This document shows, piece after piece, positions 6,740 to 16,503 of a stretch of 21,778 nt of DNA. The first letter of the stretch is position 1. Every line of letters begins with the position of its first letter. The DNA is taken from assembly GCA_964566495.1 (NCBI GenBank), contig CAZMIT010000019.1, forward strand, positions 1-21,778, given 5' to 3'. The DNA comes from an uncultured bacterium. GTDB taxonomy: Bacteria; T1Sed10-126. A program made the translations under genes and the position numbers. Under the pieces are notes generated by a model. That model did not search any database and was not told the origin of the DNA. It saw nothing but the letters and a program-made list of their open reading frames with translations.

Positions 6740-9194
6740 CTTCTTTGGCCTCCTGCCGCTCACGGACAGCTACGGCGACATCGGTTATGCTTTGATTTTC
6801 CATAACTCGCATTACTTTAACCCCCTGGGTGGGGCGACCAATGCGACTGACTTCATCAGCCTCCATTCGTAGGATGATACCACGGTCGGAAATACAGATC
6901 AGCTCGTCGTCAGGAGCGACAGAACGAATTGTAACCACCTCGCCGGTGCGCTCCTTGTTTTTGAGGTTAACCAGGCCCTTGCCACCGCGGGTCTGGGGAC
7001 GGTAATCATCAAAGGCTGTGCGTTTACCATAACCGTTTTCACAGACAGTTAACAGCTCTTTGCCGGACTGAACGGGGGCAACGCCGACGACCCGATCTCC
7101 GGCCTCCAGGTCAATTCCTTTGACCCCCTGAGTGCCGCGACCGGTGGAGCGAATTTCATCTTCCGAAAAACGAATCGCGTAACCAGCGGCGCTGGCCAGC
7201 AGCAGATCATCGCTACCACTTGAGCGACAGACGGAGACCAGGGCGTCGTCTTCTGTCAAATCGATCCCGATAATCCCACCTTTGCGGGGACGACTGTAGG
7301 CTTCCAGGTCAGTCTTTTTTACCCTGCCTCCGGCAGTGGCCATGACCAGGTAACCCTTGTTTAATTCGGCCACAGGAATCATGGCCATGACTTCCTCGTC
7401 AGGCTGGATGTCAATCAGATTAATTATTGGAGTGCCCCGGGTGCGACGACCTCCTTCAGGGATATCGTAGCCCTTGAGCCAGTAACATATACCGCGGGAT
7501 GTAAAGACAAGCAGGTAGTCGTGTGTGTAGGCGGAGAAAACTCGGCTAATGTAGTCGCCTTCCTTGGGATCGGCACCGTATATACCGCGACCACCGCGAC
7601 GCTGGAGACGAAATTTTTGCGGGTCGGTCCGTTTAATATACCCCTGGTCAGATAAGGTAAAGATAGCTGGTTTGTCGGCAATTAAATCTTCTTTTGTCAC
7701 GTCAAGCGGCTGATCGCTGAAGGCAGTGCGCCGGTCGTCGCCGTAATCATCATCCAGCGCAGTAAGTTCCTCGCTGATAATCTCTTTAACCCGAACGTCG
7801 TCCCCCAGGATCTCCTCATAATCTTCGATATCGGCAAGCAGCTGCTTGTGCTCGCTCTCAACTTTACCAGCTTCGAGCGAAGTAAGGCGCTGCAACTGCA
7901 TCCGTAGTATTGCCGTGGCCTGCTCCTCCGTAATCTCAAAAGTCGCTTGAAGCTTTTCACCGGCCGCTTCAGGACCCTCGGACTGTTTAATAATTTTTAC
8001 TACCTCATCAATGTTGGCGATTGCAATTAAATATCCCTCTAAAATATGTGCCCGGCGGCGCGCTTTTTCGAGCCGGTAGCGGGTGCGCCGACGAATAACG
8101 TTAAAACGATGGTCAATGAAGTGATCAATTATCTGCTTGAGATTTAAAACTATCGGCTCGCCGTCAACAAGTGCCAGCAACTGGGCGCCGAAAGTATGTT
8201 CAAGCCGTGTGTATTTAAAGAGCTGATTACGAACTACCTGGGGATTAGCGCCCCGCTTGAGTTCCACGACAACCCTGATTCCCCGGCGGTCGGACTCATC
8301 TCGCACGTCACTTATTCCTTCAATTTTCTCGGCTTTCACCCGATCGGCAATTTTTTCAATCATCTTCGCCTTGTTAACCCCGTAGGGGATCTCGGTGATG
8401 ATTATTCTATCCGATTGACCACCTTCTCGCTCTACTACTTCAACAACACCGCGCATAATAATCTTTCCGCGACCCGTCTCATACATCTCCCGGAGACCTT
8501 TTTTAGAACAGATAAGACCGCCAGTCGGAAAGTCGGGGCCGGGCAAATAATCCATCAACTGCTCGATCGAGCAGTCCGGATTTTTCAGCTGGTAATCGAC
8601 AGCGGATATCACCTCGCTGAGGTTGTGAGGAGGAATGTTAGTTGCCATCCCGACAGCTATTCCCGAGGAACCGTTAACCAGCAAGTTGGGCAGACGGGCC
8701 GGCAGCACTTCCGGCTCCTGCATGGACTCGTCAAAGTTGGGCCGAAACTCCACCGTTTCTTCATCAATGTTGGCCAGCATTTCATCAGCAATCTCAGCCA
8801 GCCGGGCCTCCGTGTAACGCATGGCGGCCGGATTATCGCCGTCGATACTGCCAAAGTTTCCCTGCCCGTCAACCAGCGGGTAACGGAGAGAAAAATCCTG
8901 GGCCATACGGACCAGGGTGTCGTAGACGGCGCTATCACCGTGGGGATGAAATTTCCCCAGCACTTCGCCAACTATCCGAGCACTTTTCTTGTGCGGCCGG
9001 TTGTGGTAAAGGCTGAGTTCGTTCATCGCGTAAAGTATTCGTCGGTGGACGGGTTTCAAGCCGTCACGCACGTCGGGCAGAGCCCGACCGACAATGACGC
9101 TCATGGCGTAATCTATGTAGGAGTTCTTAATTTCTTCCTCAACGTAAGCGGTCTCAACTCGACCGCCGCCGGCCTGGTCTGCATCAACTGTCAT
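6729..9194 (-). CDS. gyrA: DNA gyrase subunit A
   Basis: [45 protein letters not shown] (catalytic Tyr) and the GyrA-box QRRGGRG. Confidence 0.98.
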   Translation of the reverse strand: MTVDADQAGGGRVETAYVEEEIKNSYIDYAMSVIVGRALPDVRDGLKPVHRRILYAMNELSLYHNRPHKKSARIVGEVLGKFHPHGDSAVYDTLVRMAQDFSLRYPLVDGQGNFGSIDGDNPAAMRYTEARLAEIADEMLANIDEETVEFRPNFDESMQEPEVLPARLPNLLVNGSSGIAVGMATNIPPHNLSEVISAVDYQLKNPDCSIEQLMDYLPGPDFPTGGLICSKKGLREMYETGRGKIIMRGVVEVVEREGGQSDRIIITEIPYGVNKAKMIEKIADRVKAEKIEGISDVRDESDRRGIRVVVELKRGANPQVVRNQLFKYTRLEHTFGAQLLALVDGEPIVLNLKQIIDHFIDHRFNVIRRRTRYRLEKARRRAHILEGYLIAIANIDEVVKIIKQSEGPEAAGEKLQATFEITEEQATAILRMQLQRLTSLEAGKVESEHKQLLADIEDYEEILGDDVRVKEIISEELTALDDDYGDDRRTAFSDQPLDVTKEDLIADKPAIFTLSDQGYIKRTDPQKFRLQRRGGRGIYGADPKEGDYISRVFSAYTHDYLLVFTSRGICYWLKGYDIPEGGRRTRGTPIINLIDIQPDEEVMAMIPVAELNKGYLVMATAGGRVKKTDLEAYSRPRKGGIIGIDLTEDDALVSVCRSSGSDDLLLASAAGYAIRFSEDEIRSTGRGTQGVKGIDLEAGDRVVGVAPVQSGKELLTVCENGYGKRTAFDDYRPQTRGGKGLVNLKNKERTGEVVTIRSVAPDDELICISDRGIILRMEADEVSRIGRPTQGVKVMRVMENQSITDVAVAVRERQEAKEDDE

Positions 9195-9204
9195 TGGCTA
9201 TCCC

Positions 9205-11100
9205 TCAGACGTCTAAATTAGTAACTTCGTTTGCATATTTTTCAATAAATTCTCGGCGCGGCTGAACATCATCGCCCATCAATGTCGTGAACAGCTCGTC
9301 CGCTTCCACGGCATCCTCAAGCCGCACCTGTTTCAAAACCCGTTTCTCGGGGTCAATAGTCGTGTCTAAAAGCTGCTCAGGATTCATCTCACCCAGACCC
9401 TTGTAACGCTGGACCGTCGGTTTCCCACTGAACTGATCTAAAGTCTCAGCGAGCTGTTTCTCCTTATAAACGTATTGAATTCGACCGTTTTTGGCGACCC
9501 GGTAGAGGGGCGGCTGGGCTATATAGAGATGACCTTCTTCAATCAAATCGCGCAGATAGCGAAAGTAAAGGGTAAGCAGAAGGGTTCGAATGTGGGCGCC
9601 GTCGACGTCGGCGTCAGTCATTATAATTATCTTGTGATAACGAAGCCGGGAGAGGTCAAACTCCTCTTCACCAATCCCGGTGCCCAGGGCGGTAATCATC
9701 GCCTGAATCTCATCGTTGTCCAGGATACGATTAATTCTGGCCTTCTCGACGTTAAGTATTTTTCCTTTCAGTGGTAAGATAGCCTGAAACTCCCGGTTTC
9801 TACCCTGTTTGGCGCTACCACCGGCCGAGTCCCCCTCAACAATAAATAACTCGCACTGCTCGGGATCACGGCTGGAACAATCGGCCAGTTTACCGGGCAG
9901 AGAAGTCGACTGCAGCACTGATTTACGTCGTGTTAACTTTTTGGCCTTTTTAGCGGCGCGGCGGGCTTCGGCGGCCGCCCTGGCCTTCTTGACAATTTTT
10001 TTGGCGACACCGGGATGCTCGTTAAGATATATTTCCAGTCGATTGCTGACCACTGATTCGACGGCACCGCGAGCTTCACTGTTACCCAGCTTCGTCTTTG
10101 TCTGGCCTTCAAATTGCGGCTCAGGAATCAGGACACTGAGTATGGCCGTAAGCCCCTCGCGGATGTCTTCACCTTTTAAGCTCTCGTCGTCAAGAAGATT
10201 GTTAGCCTCGGCGTAACGATTGACCACCCTGGTCAAAGCCGTTTTTAAACCGGTAAGATGGGTACCGCCCTCGTGGGTATTTATATTGTTAGCGAAAGCG
10301 AAAATACGATCCTTAAAAGAATCAACCGAATACTGGAAGGCTAGCTTAACATTGATCCCATCGACATCATCTTCAAAAAATATTATTTCCTCGTGCAGGG
10401 GATCAAAATTTCTGTTCAGATACTCTACAAACTCGCTGATCCCTCGCTCGTAGTAAAAATTTGCCTCAGTATCGTCCAGCTCGCTGCGGTAAGAAATTCG
10501 CAGACCGCTGTTAAGATATGCAATTTCTCGAAACTTCTTAACTAACGTGTCGGAGTTGAACTGCAGAGTTTCAAAGACATCAGGATTGGGCTTGAAGCGA
10601 ATCGTGGTTCCCCGGTTTTTCGAGCTACCGGCTACTTCCAGGGGAGCAACAGGATGACCCTCTTCGAATTTCTGGTAGTATTTTTTACCGTTTTTCTCCA
10701 CCGTTACCTCCAGCTCGCTGGAAAGGGCATTGACCACCGAAACCCCGACGCCGTGCAAACCACCGCTAATTTCGTAAGAACTGGAGTCAAATTTACCCCC
10801 GGCGTGCAAACGTGTCATTACCACTTCAACGCCGGAGACACCATACTTGGGATGCTCGTCGACAGGCACACCACGACCGTTGTCTGAGACGGTAACGTAA
10901 TTTTCTTCATCAATGACCACTTCAATATTGTCACAGTAGCCGGCCATCGCCTCGTCAATGCTGTTATCAATAACTTCGTAAACCAGGTGGTGCAGACCCC
11001 GCTGATCGGTGGAACCGATATACATTCCGGGGCGTTTCTTAACTGCTTCCAGACCTTCGAGAACTTTTATTTTATCGGAAGCATACTCTGTCTTAGCCAT
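9205..11100 (-). CDS. gyrB: DNA gyrase subunit B (short form, 631 aa)
   Basis: EVIDNSIDE, GGLHGVGVSVVNALS, VEGDSAGGSAK, TDADVDG and QRYKGLGEM motifs. Confidence 0.98.
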   Translation of the reverse strand: MAKTEYASDKIKVLEGLEAVKKRPGMYIGSTDQRGLHHLVYEVIDNSIDEAMAGYCDNIEVVIDEENYVTVSDNGRGVPVDEHPKYGVSGVEVVMTRLHAGGKFDSSSYEISGGLHGVGVSVVNALSSELEVTVEKNGKKYYQKFEEGHPVAPLEVAGSSKNRGTTIRFKPNPDVFETLQFNSDTLVKKFREIAYLNSGLRISYRSELDDTEANFYYERGISEFVEYLNRNFDPLHEEIIFFEDDVDGINVKLAFQYSVDSFKDRIFAFANNINTHEGGTHLTGLKTALTRVVNRYAEANNLLDDESLKGEDIREGLTAILSVLIPEPQFEGQTKTKLGNSEARGAVESVVSNRLEIYLNEHPGVAKKIVKKARAAAEARRAAKKAKKLTRRKSVLQSTSLPGKLADCSSRDPEQCELFIVEGDSAGGSAKQGRNREFQAILPLKGKILNVEKARINRILDNDEIQAMITALGTGIGEEEFDLSRLRYHKIIIMTDADVDGAHIRTLLLTLYFRYLRDLIEEGHLYIAQPPLYRVAKNGRIQYVYKEKQLAETLDQFSGKPTVQRYKGLGEMNPEQLLDTTIDPEKRVLKQVRLEDAVEADELFTTLMGDDVQPRREFIEKYANEVTNLDV

Positions 11101-11175
11101 TCAAATCAGTCCGATTTGCAAGTGATGTTTTTATTAAAAAAATGCGGGTCGTTCCTCGCCCCTATTGCGCCCACA

Positions 11176-11204
11176 ATTGTACACGTACGCGCGAGGAATG
11201 TCCA
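11176..11204 (-). promoter_or_regulatory. Putative sigma70 promoter for gyrBA
   Basis: TGGACA-17 bp-TACAAT on the minus strand, about 75 nt upstream of gyrB. Confidence 0.6.
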
Positions 11205-11225
11205 GCTATCTCCGCTAATTTACAA

Positions 11226-11415
11226 AACCTACCGAACCCCCGTCATTGCCGGGCTTGACCCGGCAATCCATTTTGAAGTTACCATAGATTCCGGGTCTAA
11301 GTTCCCGAGCACTCAATCAAATTTTAAAAACAATCTCTTCCTTTTTGGTGTTACTTATCCATAGTGCTTGCGACTGGGTGCTCGGTCACTTCGCCCGGAA
11401 TGACGTCGGTAGGTT
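11226..11415. repeat. CGTC-type REP doublet (REPIN-like) with a nested insertion in the second REP
   Basis: REP1 is CGTC-ATTGCCGGG-CTTGA-CCCGGCAAT-CCA (11241-11270). Its inverted partner is split into TAGATTCCGGGTC (11285-11297) and GCCCGGAATGACG (11393-11405). Outer IR AACCTACCGA / TCGGTAGGTT. Confidence 0.8.
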
Positions 11416-11419
11416 CTGA

Positions 11420-11701
11420 CTAATTTACAACTCTTATCTCTTTTACAAGCTGGTAACCGAAATGATTGTTTATTGCCTTTTTAACGTTACGTTTCATCAT
11501 ATCCGCCTGGTGGCTCCAGCCGGGGTCAGAGGCCCGAAGCAGCAGCCGACCATTTTCTATCTTTATCACTTCCACATGAGCGGAAAACAGACCTCCAACA
11601 ATCTCATCCCAGTCCGTTTTTAAACGGGCAATGTCCACTTTTTCTTTCATATCTTTCGCCGCTAAAATCTCTTCCAGAACTTCACCCAGTTTATCGACCA
11701 T
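11420..11701 (-). CDS. dciA: DUF721 / DciA-family protein
   Basis: WDEIVG..F..H, L.L.ASDPGWSHQ and VKEIRV pattern; classic position between recF and gyrB. Confidence 0.8.
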   Translation of the reverse strand: MVDKLGEVLEEILAAKDMKEKVDIARLKTDWDEIVGGLFSAHVEVIKIENGRLLLRASDPGWSHQADMMKRNVKKAINNHFGYQLVKEIRVVN

Positions 11702-12767
11702 TAGAAGCCCCCAGGGTTATGAGCTGTTGCACTTTTACTTCCGGCGACATTTTGACGCCACTACAGAAAAACTGATAATTTAGCTGTTCATTCCTGGTCA
11801 GCACCTTTTTCTGGTGGCGAACGTCCAACTCAGCGCTGAAGTCATCGACGAGCAGAGTTGGACGCCGGCCGGTCTTTTCTTCCAGGAACCGACCTTCAAC
11901 AAATTTCAGAGCGGCAAGAATTAATTTTAACTCACCGCGCGAGGCAAACTCTTTCAGTTCGCGACCGGCATCATCGACCAGCCTCCAGTCGTCACGCTGC
12001 AGGCCAATAGTCGTATAATTGCGACGTAAAGCTTTCTGTCGTTCCCGTTCAAACTGGCGCTGAATGTTATTTTTCTCTAACCCGGCGTCATAAGCTAAGC
12101 TGAGGTTGGGCAGCAGATCGCCTGCTAAAAATTCCTGCTCCTCAATTAGCCGCTCCTCAAGCCAGGACAGGAGCTGTTCACGTTTTTTGCGAATTATAGC
12201 GGCGGCTGAAGCCAGACGCTGTTCGTATTGAGTCAATAAGACCTCGTCCGGTTGCTGCTGTTTTAACAGTGAGTTGCGCTGCTGCAGCGCCTCCTTATAA
12301 CTCTTGAGGTTATCAAGATATTTAAGTGAAGTTTGTCCGAGCAGACTGTTCATAAACTCACGTCGTCGAGACGGCGAACCGGTGAGCAGGCGAGTCAACT
12401 CGGGATAATTAAGAACGGTGGGAAAAAGGCCCTGAAGCCGGGATAGTTGATCAAGCTGATCAGCGTCAACCAAAACCTGTTTGTGACGGTTTCCTGACGG
12501 AGAATTCTGATAACGAATAGCAATACTCTCCACCGGAGCAGATTCCAGTTCCCCGCGAACGGTGAAGTTATTCTGTCCCCATTTTATTACTTCGTGGTCG
12601 TAACGCGAGCGATAGCTCCGACCAACAGAGAGGTAACGTATTGCCTCTAAAATAGCCGTCTTTCCGCTGCCGTTGCTTCCCGTGATCGCGTTCGAGCCGG
12701 AGGTAAAGACTACCTCTTTATAATCATGGTTACGAAACTGAGATAGGTAGAGCTTACGTAGGGGCAC
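11691..12767 (-). CDS. recF: DNA replication/repair protein RecF
   Basis: QFRNH, Walker A GSNGSGKT, GSPSRRREF and Walker B LLVDDFSAELD; synteny with dnaN. Confidence 0.93.
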   Translation of the reverse strand: MPLRKLYLSQFRNHDYKEVVFTSGSNAITGSNGSGKTAILEAIRYLSVGRSYRSRYDHEVIKWGQNNFTVRGELESAPVESIAIRYQNSPSGNRHKQVLVDADQLDQLSRLQGLFPTVLNYPELTRLLTGSPSRRREFMNSLLGQTSLKYLDNLKSYKEALQQRNSLLKQQQPDEVLLTQYEQRLASAAAIIRKKREQLLSWLEERLIEEQEFLAGDLLPNLSLAYDAGLEKNNIQRQFERERQKALRRNYTTIGLQRDDWRLVDDAGRELKEFASRGELKLILAALKFVEGRFLEEKTGRRPTLLVDDFSAELDVRHQKKVLTRNEQLNYQFFCSGVKMSPEVKVQQLITLGASNGR

Positions 12768-12778
12768 AAGGTAGCGGG

Positions 12779-13900
12779 TCAGGTGAGCCGCATCGGCATG
12801 ACAATATACAGGTAATCCTCGGCGGTCAGCGGTCGAAAAGTTCCGGGGCTGTCGGCCGAAATTAAATCCAGGTGAATCTGGTCGTCACGAATATGCTTTA
12901 GCACCTCAGCAAGGTAATCGCCATTAAAGGCAATTTCCAGCTCTTCACCGCCTTCTATGTTCAACCTCTCCTCACCCTGACCTTCTTCTGTATTTTCTGC
13001 TTTCACTGTCAACTCGCTGGGCGAAAAGGCGAGTATCAGGCGACGTGTCTTTTCATCGGCAACCAGCGAAACCCGTTTTACCGCATCAAGCAGACGATTA
13101 CAATCTATTGTTGTCCGATTTTCGTAATCCTCCGGTATAACCCGGTGGTAATCGGGAAAATCCTCATCAATCAGGCGACTGACAAGTCGGGAATCATTAA
13201 AGATAAACTCGGTCAGATTGCCGTCGCTTACCACCTGAACTTCACCCTCGTCCGGTAAAATTTTAACCAGTTCCTTAATGGCGCCTACAGGGACCAGAAT
13301 TGATCCCTCCGCCTCCGGCGTCGAGTCGCCATATTCAAGCTTATGCAGGGCAAGTCGATGTGAATCAGTCGCAACTACAGTCAACTCGTCCTCGCCGAGA
13401 TCAAATAGAACCCCACCAAGATAACCACGGGTGGCATCGGTCGAGGCGGCAAACTGGGTGTTTCGCAGCATGTCTATCAACTTGTCACAGGGAAGTTTAA
13501 AGTCAAGCTCGAGATTATCAGCCTCGGGTTCGGGGAGACCGGGAAACTCGTCGCTGGGTAGAGCAGGTAGAAGGAACTCTGAATTTATTTCTTCTACCGT
13601 CATCGCCACCTGTTCGTTTTCAGTCAATTTTAGAGAAAATTCTGTATCCCCGGAAGGTAGGGATTGAACCAGGTTTTGAAATTTTCTGGCCGGCACTGAA
13701 CAACTTCCGTTACTTTCACCGTTAATTTTTGCGGCGGTTTCCAGGGACAACTCAAGATCGGTTGCCTTTAATATAAGATCATTTCCCTCGACTTCAATTA
13801 GAACATGCTCAAGAACTGGTAAACTGCTTGAAGATGTCACCGCACCACTGATTTTTGTTAGTGCTTCCTCAAGTGTTGCTCTGGTTGCTAAAAATTCCAT
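12779..13900 (-). CDS. dnaN: DNA polymerase III beta clamp
   Basis: ATDLELS, VATDSHRLA, SRLIDEDFPDY and IVMPMRL motifs; AGGAGG RBS. Confidence 0.97.
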   Translation of the reverse strand: MEFLATRATLEEALTKISGAVTSSSSLPVLEHVLIEVEGNDLILKATDLELSLETAAKINGESNGSCSVPARKFQNLVQSLPSGDTEFSLKLTENEQVAMTVEEINSEFLLPALPSDEFPGLPEPEADNLELDFKLPCDKLIDMLRNTQFAASTDATRGYLGGVLFDLGEDELTVVATDSHRLALHKLEYGDSTPEAEGSILVPVGAIKELVKILPDEGEVQVVSDGNLTEFIFNDSRLVSRLIDEDFPDYHRVIPEDYENRTTIDCNRLLDAVKRVSLVADEKTRRLILAFSPSELTVKAENTEEGQGEERLNIEGGEELEIAFNGDYLAEVLKHIRDDQIHLDLISADSPGTFRPLTAEDYLYIVMPMRLT

Positions 13901-13927
13901 TTTTCTCCTCCTTTTACTACTTACTTC

Positions 13928-14102
13928 TAATTTATTTATATAAACAGCAGCAGTAGTAGTACCTGTGGATTAGTGGATAAAACGTATAAGTAGCGTCATT
14001 TAGGATTAATTCCTGTTAATAAAATATCAACACCAGTGGGGATAAAAGTGGCTGATTGTTAAAAAGCTACCCGGGGTAGCAACTTTTCCACGTTTATCCC
14101 CA
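13928..14102 (-). promoter_or_regulatory. oriC unwinding region: DnaA boxes, DnaA-trios and AT-rich tract
   Basis: Minus strand reads TTATCCACTAATCCACAG-G-TAC TAC TAC TGC TGC TG-TTTATATAAATAAATT: overlapping boxes at 13964-13980 and trios at 13945-13961. Further degenerate boxes at 14014-14022, 14024-14032, 14037-14045, 14084-14092 and 14094-14102. Confidence 0.88.
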
Positions 14103-14378
14103 GTCTGCTAACAGTGGTTTTACACGTACTTTAAACAGCAAAAAAAACGGGCAAATTCAGCACTATTAAGACACTGATTACAGGTTCATATTTTTACTGA
14201 TCGGAGCTTATTCAGTTTTTTAGTACTTCCCGCCGCCGGCTAAAAAAATAGCCGGTACAAGTTGGTAGAGCCGTTAACCATTAAATTGTAGTTTTTAAAA
14301 TTACATTGCGCAAGTGGAATGCAACCTGTTACAGTAAAAAATAGTTATCAGCGGGGGGATATGAAGCAGACACCTGAA

Positions 14379-15806
14379 TTAAAGTAGAGATTTAATTTTC
14401 TCCAGGTGGGATTTAATCTCCAGATTATCGTTTTCAAGTTCATCAGAAATTTTATTTTCACCGTGGATAACGGTGGAGTGGTCACGACCACCAAAAGCCT
14501 CTCCAATATCGGCGTAAGAGCTGTCCGTGAGCTCTCGACATAGAAACATCGCTATCTGCCGGGGGAGAGCAATGACCTTGGTTCGTTTTTTGGATTTCAA
14601 GTCAGCGATTGAGACGCTGAAGTGTTCGGCGACCGCTTTTTGTATGTTGTCGATAGTAACAACCTCGGTTTTTAACCGCTGTTCGGCCTGCATAAAACTG
14701 GAAAGCCTTGATTTAATCATGTTTGGCGTAATCTCTTCGTCAGAGAAGGAACTCATTATGGTGAGCTGATTCAAACTGCCTTCCAGCGCCCGCACGTTGT
14801 TAGTAACGTTTTCAGCAATTGTCTGGATTATCTCGTCGGAGAGAGCAATCCCCGCCTGATCGGCTTTATTTCTAAGAATAGCAACCCGTGTTTCGTAATC
14901 AGGGGGTTGAATGTCGACGATAAAACCCATTTCAAATCGATTACGGAGCCTTTCTTCAAGTAAAGAAATTTCCTGGGGCGGGCGGTCACTGCAGAGGGCA
15001 ATGCCTTTGCCGCTCTCGTAGAGGGCGTTGAAGGTGTGGAAAAACTCCTCCTGGGCTCTCTCTGTCTGGGCAAAAAATTGGACGTCGTCGACCAGGAGCA
15101 GGTCAATGTTGCGGTACCGATACTTAAATTCCTTGCGGTTGTTCTCCTGTATCGCCTGTATTATTTCATTAGTAAATTTTTCTGCCGAAACATATTTTAC
15201 GGCCGCCTGCTCCCAGAGGTCGTTTACCCGGTGGCCGATAGCCTGGAGAAGATGGGTCTTTCCCAGTCCGACGTCGCCGTGCAAAAATAGCGGGTTGTAA
15301 CCTTCGGCCGGATTTTCCGCCACCGCCTGAGCGGCAGAATAAGCATAGTTATTAGAATTACCAACGACAAAATTTTCAAAAGTGTAGGAAGGATTCAGCT
15401 GTCTTTTTTTAGCAAATGGGAAAACCTTCTTATCATTTTGTGATTTTTCATTTTGACTTGCAGAAGTGGGTTCAGGCTGCGATACAGGGTCACTTATTGA
15501 TTTTTGACTCTTGTTGTCCACGATAATTTTATAGTCTTTATTCGGACCAAAAGCTTGCGCAAAACTTTCTTCAAAAGCCTGGCGGTGTTTTTCCAGCAGC
15601 CAGTCTCTATGGAAGTCCTGGGGTGTTTTCATTTCTACCTGACCGTTGTTAATACCGGTCAACTCCAGCATACTTCCAAAGACCTGGAACTGTCGGGCTC
15701 CAATACGCTCACGAAAAATATCTAAGAAATTCTCCCAGCTTTTATTAACCTTTTGACTCTGGTTCTGATAAGAATTATTTTTTTCCGATAAGGCCAAGAT
15801 TATCAC
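14379..15806 (-). CDS. dnaA: Chromosomal replication initiator DnaA
   Basis: YTFENFVVG, NPLFLHGDVGLGKTHLL, LLVDDVQF, QEEFFHTFNAL and GGRDHSTVIH motifs. The start may be TTG at 15797 (GGAG upstream). Confidence 0.98.
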   Translation of the reverse strand: MIILALSEKNNSYQNQSQKVNKSWENFLDIFRERIGARQFQVFGSMLELTGINNGQVEMKTPQDFHRDWLLEKHRQAFEESFAQAFGPNKDYKIIVDNKSQKSISDPVSQPEPTSASQNEKSQNDKKVFPFAKKRQLNPSYTFENFVVGNSNNYAYSAAQAVAENPAEGYNPLFLHGDVGLGKTHLLQAIGHRVNDLWEQAAVKYVSAEKFTNEIIQAIQENNRKEFKYRYRNIDLLLVDDVQFFAQTERAQEEFFHTFNALYESGKGIALCSDRPPQEISLLEERLRNRFEMGFIVDIQPPDYETRVAILRNKADQAGIALSDEIIQTIAENVTNNVRALEGSLNQLTIMSSFSDEEITPNMIKSRLSSFMQAEQRLKTEVVTIDNIQKAVAEHFSVSIADLKSKKRTKVIALPRQIAMFLCRELTDSSYADIGEAFGGRDHSTVIHGENKISDELENDNLEIKSHLEKIKSLL

Positions 15807-15816
15807 TCCGCTTAAG

Positions 15817-16080
15817 TTATCAACAAGTTATCCACAACCGGCAGTAGTAAAGCTGCCAACTTTGCACCAATTTATCGTATAGGAATTTTAGAAAACAGAA
15901 TATCCATTTCGGACTAAATTCCCAAAAAAATGCTAAAAATACCTTATTTTAGGTATTTTTTAGAAAATCCACCCCCGGCAAAAAATATTGATGAGACAAT
16001 TATTAACATTATGAATAGATTAATTCTCGCTGTGTTAATAGCTGTATAAATAGGGCTGACTTATCCACAATTAATTAACA
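15817..16080. promoter_or_regulatory. DnaA-box cluster upstream of dnaA (autoregulation and/or second part of a bipartite oriC)
   Basis: Perfect TTATCCACA at 15828-15836 and 16061-16069; TTATCAACA at 15817-15825; TTATTAACA at 16000-16008. Confidence 0.8.
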
Positions 16081-16127
16081 TCTGTAGGATGAATGTTATA
16101 TCCTGAACTCCCGTCTTGAGTGGTAAA

Positions 16128-16156
16128 AATATATCGGATTCTCAACCCCCGGTCAA
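16128..16156 (-). promoter_or_regulatory. Putative sigma70 promoter for dnaA
   Basis: TTGACC-17 bp-TATATT on the minus strand. Confidence 0.6.
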
Positions 16157-16503
16157 GAAGAAAAAACACCCCCGATTTCTAAACCGCTGAGTGGTCCGTA
16201 TTGTGGTTTGAGATCATATTTATGGATTCCAATTTTTGAAGGGGGGGCTGAGGGTGTAATTTTTGGAACGAAACACTTTAGACTCAATATAAAGAAACTT
16301 TCCGTAAATTAATAACTTTTTAGGAGATAAAAATTTTTTAATTAGCTTCCAGGCGTTTAAAAATGATCCAGTTTTTGATGTTGTTTAAAAGTTTTGCTGC
16401 AGCCAAAATGTAATATTTACTAAGACCTAAAATAGCTCTATTAAATTAACATAAAAGAAACATAAAAACACAAATTGAAAATAACAAAATTGTCGTCTGT
16501 TTA

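Noticed and set aside
8920..8945. Quinolone-resistance substitution in GyrA
   Set aside because: The QRDR reads [10 protein letters not shown], i.e. wild-type Ser and Asp at the 83/87-equivalent positions.
8196..9221. 341-aa plus-strand ORF and other antisense ORFs over gyrB, dnaA, metG, tmk and MATE
   Set aside because: Antisense shadows of well-conserved genes.
14236..14255. Hairpin CCGGCTA/TAGCCGG as a dnaA terminator
   Set aside because: No U-tract follows on the minus strand, so function is unsupported.
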